64,000 bases of DNA from Malacoraja senta (taxonomy: Eukaryota). The notes below the pieces were generated by a model. The model had not been told where the DNA came from, ran no database searches, and saw only the letters and a program-made list of their open reading frames with translations. Shown here piece by piece: positions 25,231-36,089 of the stretch. The DNA lies in contig CM075989.1 of assembly GCA_038087875.1 (NCBI GenBank), forward strand, positions 20,212,001 to 20,276,000, read 5' to 3'. A program made the translations under genes and the position numbers. The stretch's first letter is position 1. Every line of letters begins with the position of its first letter.

Positions 25231-26679
25231 CTGAGTAAAAAAGACAGTACACTTATCAATGAAAAATATCTTCAATTAAAATGTTCATTAAATCATAGAT
25301 GAATGTAAATACAACTGAAATTAACAATGCAGTTCAAATCACCACTGGAGCTGAAATGATGGCCAAATATATTATTGCAATTTCAATGATGACTTTGGCT
25401 GGCAATGTTCTCTTCCAGTTATTCATTGAAATGTGTTGCTTCTTTATGATCATCTTCCCCTTCTGTAATAAATCCCAGCAGTCAAAACTCCGTTGGTAAC
25501 TATGTGAATTTACAGTTTTAATGCAGAGATAAGAAGCCTCCACTTAAAAGAAACGACAACTTTAATATTTCTTGAAAGTTCATAATTTGAACTACATAGT
25601 TTCTGATTTGTAAGGTTGAAGCTGACCTAGAACATTCAAATCTCTCAATATAATATAACAATGTGATATGAACAATGAAATATAGATGAGAATATGATCA
25701 GTCACAAGTGATCAGTGTATTACAATGAAACAAGAATGGTTTCTGGTTAGACTGCAATTTAATGCTGTAAACTATTTAATTTGTACAATAATAATAAGTT
25801 TTATTCTAAGCAATACCCAGAACAACATTTGCTACTTTCAATACTTGTATCTCACTGGAAGAGATTAAATAAATAACACCATGTATAGGTCAATGTGCTT
25901 ACATTGAAAATGAAAGATCTACAATTATGCATACAGGTTTATTTAGATTATGGAAAAGGATGAGTGAAAGACTGGTCTGCACATAGACCCAGTGGCAGTA
26001 AAGCAAGATGTGATGAATTTCATGTTAAATGGAAGATGCAATTGAAGACAGAAATCCTGCAACAGCAAAGTACTGAATCTTAGCAGGACCAGCATTGTGG
26101 GATCCACACATTAGAAAACTCTGCTACTGATCTCATCAATATACATCATCAAGGACGGGCTGTTTAATTTAAATAGTTCAGAAGATATTTACCTGCCACT
26201 CGGGGTAACTTGCACACGCAAATTACTGAAGACATCAACAGCTAAGACATCTAATTGCTCCAGAGAATGCTGGACACACACAATACAATTGGAAACATAA
26301 ATGACTATGGTGATTATTATGCAAGAGGCTATCACCTATCTCAAGGGACCTCAGGTGACGTAGGTGGGATGACTATAACGCAAACATTTACCACAAAACA
26401 ATAATGATCCCAAATTCATATTTAGTCTTTATTATAGATATACAGTATATATAGACATGAATAATATAGAGTGAATGGATCCTCCAGGATCTAGTGAAAA
26501 CAAGAACTACAAATTTAACGACTAGCAATCTTAAAATGCACGGGGCACAGTCTGGTAATTGCTGCAAAATCCTCCCCATCAACAACTCAAAATGGTCAAA
26601 ATGGGAAATGCGGTAATGCGGAATAGCCAACAATAGCCTGACAGTTAGTTAACATTTCAGGTGAACCCAAAACTGTTTC

Positions 26680-27015
26680 AACCCGAAACGTCGCCTGTCC
26701 ATTCCCTCCACAGGTGCTGCCTGACGCTGCGGGTTCCTCCGGCACTTTGCTTTCACTCAAGATTCCAGCATCTGCAGTTTCATGTCTGCAGCCTGACAGT
26801 CAGGAGAATCAAGACCTGGAGCAGTAGTTGAAGCAGATGCAATAACAACATTTCAAATGACATTTAAAATTCATTTGGCTGGGTACATGAATAGGAAAGG
26901 TTCAGAGGGACATGGTCAAGCATGGACAAATGAGACTGGCTTAGATGGGGCATCTTCATTGGCATGGACAAGTTGGGCCAAAGGGCCCTTTTATGTGCTG
27001 TATTACTCGATGACA
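26680..27015 (+). mobile_element. Penelope-derived fragment (26680-26790) next to a CR1 3' fragment (26815-27015)
   Basis: acccgaaacgtcgcctgtccattccctccacag...; then gcagtagttgaagcagatgc...gggccaaagggcc. Confidence 0.65.
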
Positions 27016-28851
27016 CTAAGATAACTGAGTATATCATATTTCACTCATATGGCAGAACCCCAAAGGTAGGAGCACAGAGATGCCCAGGAGGAGGCTAGTG
27101 TCTCTAGAAGCTTCCAAAATTAACTCCAGACTCCACAAAGTCTCATAGATCCAGACTAAACACAGACAAGGAAATGATCTAATGATTCACAATTCTTCCA
27201 AACCGTCTACTGGTATTCCTTAAAATTCTTTTCACAGAAAGCAGAAAAATAAATCATCATGGTTGATTTAAATGACAAAATGTCTCAAAAATCCACTGCA
27301 TGCAACTTGGGAAAACCCTTGCATCTGAAATTAGTTATTTTCAAAACATAAACAGATTAAATGCCTGGTGATGTAAATATACACGAAGAAAATAAAATTC
27401 TTGGCTCTGATCTTTCGCAACCTCAGGACATCCCATTGCTCTTTAAAGATAATTAAGCACTTTTAAAGCACAACGGTATTGCAGCAAATGTGGCAGCTAA
27501 TTTGCACACAGAAAAGTTACACAAACAGAAGTGGGATAATAACTTTGGAGAGTGCTTCGACTGTCATTGATCAAAGGTGGCGGGGGAAGAAAGGGAGACG
27601 GACTATGGATATAGGGAGTAAAAGAGTGAAAGAAAATGAGAGGGACAGAGAGAGAGTGCGAGAGAGGAGAGCAGGGTTATCAAGCCTAGAAGACCACACC
27701 TATCACAGTCTGGAGAGATACCACCTCCTACCTGACTTCAATAACCAGAGTCTTCAGATTTTCCATGGGATCTTTAATAGTCTGAAAGGCTGACTGAGAA
27801 TTTTTATCAATAGTTTTGTGGCTAGATTGCTGCTTCTGTGGAGGTCAAGGTAACCTTGACTCCCAATTTCTTTGTTGCAAGATCTTTCAATCTATTGATG
27901 GCAGTTTTCAATGCACTGACAGAGCCTCCAATGATAAAATCTCCCCTTAATTCAATCTTAAGTGGCCTAACCCTTACTTTGAGACAATGATTCCCTATTT
28001 TAGATTCCTCAACCAGGTGTACACCCTTCCCAGGAGTGTAGATGCACGTGCGAACATCTGTGAGTGTGAGAGAGAACATGGCAGCATGAAGGATTGATAC
28101 TTACATGGCTGTTGAGCTCATGTTCACATATGTGGTCAGATCAGGAAACTTCTTCCCGCACTGATCCATTGTTATGGGTTCTCAGTGCAGGCAATGACTC
28201 TGTTAGACATCTCCTACCATGTCTTGCTAGTTGACACACTTCAAGGTCTCTCAGCCATCTTGTGAACAAGATCTCCCTCCTGGGTCTCAATCTCTGCCTT
28301 AATGTCCAGATGGGTGAAGGAGGTGCATACTCCATCTCTCCCATTGCTCCTCTCTCCTCCACTGTCACCATCATTGTCTACTGCTGTGTGGATGCCAAGA
28401 GAAATGTACCATTAAGGGCTTATGCCCTCCACGGTAATGTAGCAACACTGATACTAAATTGAATGAGGCTCCTTCGGGAATAGCAAATTCTGGATGATTC
28501 TGGTACAAACTATGGCATTGAGTTTTTTCCCATTGAAGAAAATTGGTTTTGGCCAATTTCGCGCAGATTTTTCAGGAGAAAATTGCAGGAAGTGGAGGGC
28601 GGTTGCGGGGAGAGAAGAGGCCCATGCATTAGGGTGGTTTATAATTCTGGCATCTGCTTTTGAAATATTTCATGGAACAATAGAAATGAGGAGCAGGATT
28701 AGGCTATTTGTTTCTTTGAGCCCATTCTACTATGACTGATCATTCAGTTTTGTTAACACTGTGATCTCAGGCACAAATAATATTAAACCTTTTAGTTGCT
28801 CATTTATATCTGGAAGACCCTGTGTTTATCAGGGAAGAATGGGAATACTAA

Positions 28852-29135
28852 AGCCCCTGTCCCACGATGCGAGTTTACCCAAGAGCTCTCCCGAGTTTAA
28901 AAAAAATCAAACTCGTGGTACTTCATCACGAGTATTTTTTTACTCTTGGTAATATTTCACACTGTTGAAAAAACTTCACGAGTTTCCGCGTTTCCTGAGT
29001 ACCTGCCGTTAGCGTTATGAGCCGCTACGAGACATCCACGAGCTCCGACGTACCCGCTACGTACTTACCGCGAGTTAGATTTTTTTTTTAACTCGGGAGA
29101 GCTCCTGGGTAAACTCGCATCGTGGGACAAGGCCT
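28852..29135. mobile_element. PIF/Harbinger-type MITE
   Basis: Long TIRs AGCCCCTGTCCCACGATGCGAGTTTACCCA... / ...TGGGTAAACTCGCATCGTGGGACAAGGCCT, flanked by TAA (28849-51) and TAA (29136-38). Confidence 0.85.
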
Positions 29136-29149
29136 TAACTAAGAACAAT

Positions 29150-29545
29150 GGAGACACAAGAAACTGCAGATGATGGAATCTTGAGCTAAAAACAAACTGC
29201 TGGAAGAACTCAAGCGGGTCAGGCAGCATCTGTGGAGGGAATGGACAGCTGGTGTTTGGGGTCAGTATCCTTCTTCAGACTATTTAAGTTGTGGGGGAGA
29301 AAACTGGAAAAGGGAGCAGGGAAAGGCAAATACGATACATCGATACGGTGAGGGAGGTATGATTGGCAGAAGGATGGAGATAGTGACAAAGACTGAAAGG
29401 AAACAAAAAGGTATGAGGTAAGGAAAGAGAAGGAGGAGTGAAATGTACAGCCAAAGGGTGGGATATGCGTGGAACTGAACAGGATGGAGGGAAAGAGGAG
29501 GATAACAAGAAAATATGGAATTCGGGGAAGGGAGATGAGCGCACA
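29150..29545 (-). mobile_element. Penelope-like element terminal fragment
   Basis: gaaactgcagatgatggaatcttgag...ccttcttcagact followed by a purine-rich tract; similar copy at 43665-44000. Confidence 0.65.
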
Positions 29546-29572
29546 GTGGATAAATGAGCTTGGTAACTTTGG

Positions 29573-29674
29573 TAGATACAAAATGCTGGAGTAACTCTTC
29601 TTCAGACTGAGTTACTCCAGCATTTTGTATCTACCTTCAATTTAAACCAGCATCTGCAGTTCTTACCTACACAT
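29573..29674. mobile_element. Short Penelope-derived hairpin insertion with 13-bp TSD
   Basis: Perfect 27-bp inverted repeat around ttcttcagact; TTGGTAACTTTGG at 29560-29572 and 29675-29687. Confidence 0.85.
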
Positions 29675-31455
29675 TTGGTAACTTTGGCAGTGGGAGCCGA
29701 TGGGAGAACAAATCATTTGCAGTACGTAACTTTGTATTCTTACCATAAAGCCAGTAATGTATGTTAAGTTTACCATATGTCCAAGTGCTCCATATAATGA
29801 AGATACATATGCTGTATATCAGATTGTGAAGTAGTGACTCTGGCAGGCCAAAGAGACAGCAATGAGTTGAAGTTGTAAGTGATCATAACCCATATTGCAT
29901 GCAAATATTATGACTGCTAAATAACGAGACAGAAAATAGCTTTTCTAATTAGTTTTGTCACAGTCTGTTCTTCTGGACACTGAATTACATACTGTAAAAC
30001 ATAAGCTTTCCAAAGAAAAATTAACAGCTGTTTCAATTTACTCCCAAATTACTTTCTCTTCTGGGAATATATGTGTACCCAAAAGCCAATAACAAAACCT
30101 TAATCGTTTAATTAGGCATTAACAAATAGACTTCTCAAAAGTCCTTAAACTAGCCAAAGATGATATTATTAAGAATAGTTGAATTATGAAAGCAGTAATT
30201 CTTCAACTTTTCTGAAAATGACTGCAAATTAGTTAGCAGAACAGCAAACTAAATGTCGGGGGGTTCAGCCTGAATCCTGCAGGATATACTTACCCTTAAA
30301 TGCTGTCTCTATAAAAATATTTCTCAATAGCAAGGCAGTGATGAAGAGAGCTGATTTCACAGTGCACACTCATTCAAGGCATAACTGAGTTGCGTGAGAA
30401 ATTTCCATATCTCACATACCCTTGTAAATCACAGTTGAACAGTAGTAATCCAAAGAATGAAGAAAGCCATGGCTGGTTTTAATTTTAATGCTGCATCCTT
30501 GCCAATGGCTGGGACTGATTCAGAGACTATCCTTTGGTAACGCAGGGCTTTATAAGCCAGATCACCTTAAAATACTTTATGATTTTGGTGCTCTCGTCAC
30601 GTTATACATTACGAGCCAGGGTGGTGTTCCAACTGCTGGCCGCATATCAAAAATTACTCAGGAGGTCATGAAAGCCGTTTAGCGTGATTAGTCTGAGCAA
30701 TTCTGGGGTAAACAACACACATCAACTGTACACCACATTTCTCTTTAAACATCATTGAAATTAACATTGTAAATGCTGCTAGTTAGAAGTGGGAAAACTA
30801 AAAATCAAATAAATGCCTTTAAAGTATTTAGAGAATTAAAGTATTCAGAATTTGCCAGTTTTCTCAAAGCCGCCTGAACATTAACAAGTGGTATTTTTTA
30901 AAGACAGATTTACTGTCAGGTCAAAATAACCCGAGAGAGGGAGTTGATGGTCAAAATGCCGCACTGTAACTGACATTGAAGTGAGACATCCATGTCATTG
31001 AGTCCCAGAATGTAGGTTCACATGTCTGGTTCTCCCACTCCCACTCCCCCCACACCCCACCCCCAGAAACTCCAGTTCTCAGTCAGGTTGCCTGGGGGAG
31101 GTGCTACATTGAAAAATATCATCTGCAAAAAACGAGAAGTAAGAATGGCAGGCATGCCAACCTGGGTCCCAAAGTCCCCCAAACTACTCATGTACATCAC
31201 GTGCATGGCCCAGGGGATACTTTGTCTGTCAAATTTCTGGAAAGAGCGTAGTGTGTGGCAAGAGGAAAATTGACATTGTATTTAAGTCAGGGAAATAATT
31301 AAACGTAACGGTAAAGAAACTTCTTATATACAGAAAAAAGTGAAACTTTCAGGATGACCAGTGTTAATCTTTACTGGAACGCTTATACACTTCTATAGTT
31401 AAATGTAATTTTACAGCCAGGGGCTTCCTGGCTCAAATGCACTATCGAAGTATCT

Positions 31456-31482
31456 CTCACTCTCTCACACACACACACACAC
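31456..31482. repeat. (CT)/(CA) microsatellite
   Basis: tctcactctctcacacacacacacacac. Confidence 0.8.
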
Positions 31483-32164
31483 GGGAATTACTGTAACCAC
31501 ACTGCAATCTACTGAGCTGCTAAATGAGTATTACCATCTGGTTTAAAGTGAATACTAGTTCTGCTTAAAAGGAACGGTCCAATCCAAAGAAAATGCACAC
31601 TCTTTACTGGGCCTAGTTTTAGAATTAAACTCCTCTCGCCTCTTTGCTGTTCTCTTCAAGTGAGCATCTTTGCACACTAAATAATGTTCCTTTTATGTTT
31701 GCTGTCTTTCCAAAATATTCCACCAAATCAGTGAAATAGACTCAGCCTTTTACACACTATAGGCAGAGTATAAATAACTGGGAAAAATATATAGAAGTCC
31801 ACATTATTTTTAAATGGTCAAACATTTGAAAAAAAACATTATTTTGGAAAGATTAAAATATCCATTCTTAAAATGCATTAAAGAAAAGAAAATTAAAGAC
31901 TAGAAGTGGATTTGTTTTACAACGTGAGACTGCAGCAGACAAAATACAACTTAAGACTGACTTATAATAGTTACCAAATTACACTAAATGCTCTTTAAGA
32001 AAATTCAAAGGAATCCATGTTTTGTACATATTTGTGCGAGAAAGCACAATTTCTCCAAGCAGACCACTAATAAACATAACTAATCAAGGTCTTTGGAGGA
32101 TTTGTTGAAATTATATTCTATGCAATTTTACTGTGGCTGATAGACCAACAAATCCCAAATAATA

Positions 32165-32510
32165 AGCAAAACACACAGTGACGGTGGAACTGGGTCAGGC
32201 AGCATCAGTGGAGGGAATGGACTGGCAACGTTTCGGATCAGGACCCCTCTTCAGTCTGATGTTCGCCGATTACCTCCATAGCCAATGCCTGACCCGCTAA
32301 GTTCCACCAGCAGATAGACACAGGAGTAACTCAGCGGGACAGGCAGCATCACTGGAGAGAAGGAATGGATGATGTATTGGGTTGAGAGAACAGTCTAGAC
32401 ACAAAACGTCACCCATTCCTTCTGTCCCGCTGAGTTACTCCAGCATTTTGTGTCTATCTTCGGTTTAAATCAGCATCTGCAGTTCCTTCCTACACAAGTT
32501 CCTCCAGCCC
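32165..32510. mobile_element. Two nested Penelope-derived fold-back elements
   Basis: Inner element 32312-32495 flanked by AAGTTCC(A/T)CCAGC (32299-32311, 32496-32508); outer element has a hammerhead-like core on - at 32227-32254. Confidence 0.75.
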
Positions 32511-32849
32511 ATTTCTTTTTTTACTCAATTATGAAGAATTGGTGTATGAGGTCTAAAATGCAATTCATTATAACGTGAACAATTGTGCTAAGTAATTCAG
32601 GAGATTAGGGATGAAATTCTTTAAACTAGTTACTGGAGGCAGCAGAAACTGGAGAGAGTTTCCATGCTTCCAAGGTAAGAACCAAAAAGAGTGGCAGGAG
32701 TCTTCCATTATTTGAATCTGACAATTTACTGCAGTTCAGCTAACTTATACCCACTAGACTGGGACAAATCTGGGAAACTTAGCGGGTAACCGCATGCCAT
32801 ATTGGGATCTGTTCTAAATATCCATGAAAGAGCGATCTTCATTACTTAC

Positions 32850-33120
32850 CTGATCCACCCTCTTCCTCCACCAATCTTCTCTCCCCCGCTGACTCATCTG
32901 CCAGTCTATCCTTTATTACCTGGACCCACCTATCACTTACCAACTCCTGCCTCATCCCTTCCCTTAGCCTCTTTCTAACAGCTATCGCTCCTCTACTCCG
33001 TCAGTCTGAAGAAGGGGTCCTGACCCGAAACGTCTGTCCATTTCCCTCCACAGATTCAGCTTGACATGCCGTGTCCCTCCAGCAGTTTTGAACATCTGCA
33101 GTCACTTGCGTCCATGTTCT
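32850..33120 (+). mobile_element. Penelope-like terminal fragment with hammerhead-like core
   Basis: Pyrimidine tract, then tcagtCTGAAGAaggggtcctgacccGAAACGTC at 33006-33034. Confidence 0.7.
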
Positions 33121-33902
33121 CATTCCTAGTTGATTGTGGGCTAGTGGACCTTACAATTAACTGCAGAACTCCTGGGCTTGAGGAATAGTTGGGGGGGGGG
33201 GGGGGGGGAACAAAATCAGCTTCCAATTGTTTCCAGTGTATCTATTGGAGGGTGTGAACATGTGGCCTTCAGGCAACACTGACAACATTTGGCTGTGGCA
33301 CTCATTCAACAGCCTGCTGGCAATTTATATTCAGAGATGAAGAATGGGCGCTTGATAATGGAGAACAGATATCACCTGGCAGTCAGCAGCAATTACCAAG
33401 TATGGAACGGAGGACATTTGACACACGGGCTTCTTCGGCACTATACCTTCACTTAGACGTTGGCTAATCTTGTCTCCCCTTAAAAACCAAGTTCAGCCCA
33501 GAAGTCACAGTCTGCAACTTATAACCTCATTCTTATTACTCTGTAATCATCCTTGTCAATTGTAGCCACACTAATTTTAATAAAATACAATTTTTTGAAA
33601 GAATTTTTTATCATTGCTTTTAAATAAAAGCTCACCATCTAATACTAGGTGTAGACTTTGCATATCTACTATACCATGAACGGTGACAGATAGCTCTGCT
33701 CTTATGCCTTGCATAAAGATTACTTGCATTGATTTAATACAGAACTAACACTCTAAATTAAGCAGCTTACGTTATTTATTATCATACCATTTCAAGATCT
33801 TTTTTAATCTATTTTTCTCAATATATTTTTAAAGGGTATAACTTTGATTCAAACAGTGAGTGTTTGGTACTTTATGGGATTACAACAAAAATATGGACAA
33901 GC

Positions 33903-34182
33903 TCCAGAGACCCAGGCGTGATCCTGACTATTGGTGCTGCCTGTGTGGAGTTTGTACGTTCTCCCTGGGACCGCGTGGGTTTTCTCCGGGTGCTACGGTT
34001 TCCTCTGCACTCCAGACATGTGGGTTTATAGGTTAATTGGCTTCTGTAAATTGCCCCTAGTGTGTAGAATCTGAAAGTGGGATACCAGAGTACGAGTGCA
34101 TTGACGGTGAATGGTTGGCATGTCTCGGTGGGCCGAAGGGCCCATTTACACGCTGTATCTCCTATCTACTAAACTAAACTAG
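33903..34182 (+). mobile_element. V-SINE
   Basis: V-domain plus (ctaaa)n tail. Confidence 0.8.
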
Positions 34183-34273
34183 GAATGCATAAAACTATTA
34201 AATACAACTGCAAATACAAACAATAATTGAAATTCTGCTTAAGGACTGATTCATTACTTCAGTAAAAGTAGAC

Positions 34274-34704
34274 AGTTTATCTTCTTCATAACCCAGAATG
34301 GGAGGATGACTTTTTTTTTAAAAGACAACTGCCTAGAAGAATTTTAAAACAGAGATAGATAAATTCTTGACTAGTATGGGTGTCAAGGGTTACGGGGAGA
34401 AGGCAGGAGAATGGAGTTAAGAGGGAGAGATAGATCAGCTACGATTGAACGGCGGAGTAGATTTGATGGACCAAATGGCCTAATTCTGCTCCTATCACTT
34501 ATGATAATGAATGCTCTTCTACTGGAGCGTCAGTCTCAGTCCTACTTCCCGCAGAATGCAACAGGTGTTAACTTGCCTTCACCCTGAGCAAAGAACCCTT
34601 GACATTAACACTAAGATCAACATTCTTCCAACTCGGCAGGTCAGCCAGTTGTCTTTCTTTTTTAAAGAGTCATCCTCCCATTCTGGTTATGAAGAAGACA
34701 AACT
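34274..34704. repeat. ~58-bp inverted repeat pair (probable old MITE) with an internal CR1 fragment
   Basis: agtttatcttcttcataacccagaatgggaggatgact...aaagacaactg (34274-34331) vs its near reverse complement at 34646-34704; CR1 tail at 34335-34508. Confidence 0.7.
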
Positions 34705-35079
34705 TCATTTTGTTCCCACTTAAACCATTACTATAAAAGATATCAGGAAAATGTGTACAAAACACACAATTCTCAGTAATTTACACCATTACGAGCAGAT
34801 TTAGAATCAATTCATTGTATGGCCCGCCCACCACTGCCTGTGACTGTTTTAGCTATAAATGATTATCACTTATATCAGCAATATAGTTTTACTTATATAT
34901 TTGTATTAGTCATTACCTACATATTATTAAATCAATTTTCAAAAATAGAAAGCAATTTTCTAGAAACAACCACTGGATACTTTTGATCAGGACTTAGAAG
35001 TTTAGGAAAATACCTTTAAGTGACGTTTCATAGCATCAACAAGGTTCCTTTCAAATAAATCATGATTAAAATGGTAGGG

Positions 35080-35221
35080 CTTCTTCTTCTTCTTGCGTCT
35101 GGCGTGCACAACTTAAAGTTGTAAGACAACTTGTTCTGTTTGATCTTCTGTTTGTGCACGCCAGGTTGAATGCATTCGTTGAAACAGGGTGGACCACGTG
35201 AAGGTTGCCATCTCCCACCCC
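35080..35221 (-). mobile_element. Short non-autonomous retroposon (Ingi/Vingi-like) with 5' HDV-like ribozyme, 3' stem-loop and (GAA)n tail
   Basis: 8-bp TSD ATGGTAGG (35071-35078, 35222-35229); (GAA)n tail; 13-bp perfect stem at 35099-35111/35152-35164. Confidence 0.8.
35168..35221 (-). ncRNA. Minimal HDV-like (CPEB3-like) self-cleaving ribozyme
   Basis: GGGGUGG-GA-GAUGGCA-ACC-UUCACGU-GGU-CCACCCU-GU-UUCAA-CGAA-UGCAUUC: P1 of 7 bp with G1.U wobble, P3 of 3 bp, L3 UUCACGU, single C-G P1.1, J4/2 CGAA, imperfect P2. Confidence 0.8.
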
Positions 35222-35350
35222 ATGGTAGGACTATTGCATCAGCAATCAATATGATAGGGCATTATACAAAGGAAAATAGATCTCCAAGCATACAGACCAA
35301 CATTTTTAATGAACTAATGCCAATCAACAATATGAATGAATCATTTTATC

Positions 35351-35650
35351 TTAGTTTAGTTTAGTTTAGGGACACAGCATGGAAACATGCCCTTCAGCCC
35401 TCCGAGTTCAAGCCGACCAGTGATCACCCACACACCAAGTTCCAAGCTAAACCATTTTTGCATCCTACACACTTGGGACAATTCACAGAAGGCAATTAAC
35501 CTGAAAACCGGCACATCTGTGGAATGTGGGAGGAAACCGGGAGAAAACCCACACAGTCACAGGGAGAACGTACAGATTCACCCATACAGCACCCGAGGTC
35601 AGGATGGAATCCAGCTCTCTGGCGCTGTGAGGCAGTGGCTCTGCCCACAC
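35351..35650 (-). mobile_element. V-SINE
   Basis: (ttagt)n tail then reverse-complement body. Confidence 0.8.
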
Positions 35651-36089
35651 ATCGTTTTCTTCCCCGAATAGGTAGTACTACCATGGTATGGTTGTGATAT
35701 CTGCTTGCATAAAAATGTTAAAGCACTTCAAAAACTGAAGTCAGATATTGTAGAATGTTTCAGTAACATTGTGGGATGAGATTTTATATTGATGAAACAA
35801 GTCTGCAACAATCTCCTAAATGAATGCCACCTGGTGGTGTTTACCTGCATTACATTTGAATGATTTAATGGGTAAAAGATCGACATTTGAATGAAGAAAC
35901 AAGAAACTGCAGAAGTTGGGATCTTGAGCAAAGAACAAAGTACAGAAGAAACTCAGCGGAATAGGTGTGGAGGGAATGGACAGATGACATTTCAGGTAAG
36001 GACCTTTCTTCAGACTGTAGTAACCCTTCTTCACACGAGAGTCATTTAAAGGCCAGCTGGTCAGAATTCAGGACCAACATTTCCCTGTA

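Noticed and set aside
29571-29635. Perfect hairpin resembling a pre-miRNA or CRISPR-like repeat
   Set aside because: Part of a dispersed TSD-flanked repeat family; no spacer array, and the DNA is eukaryotic
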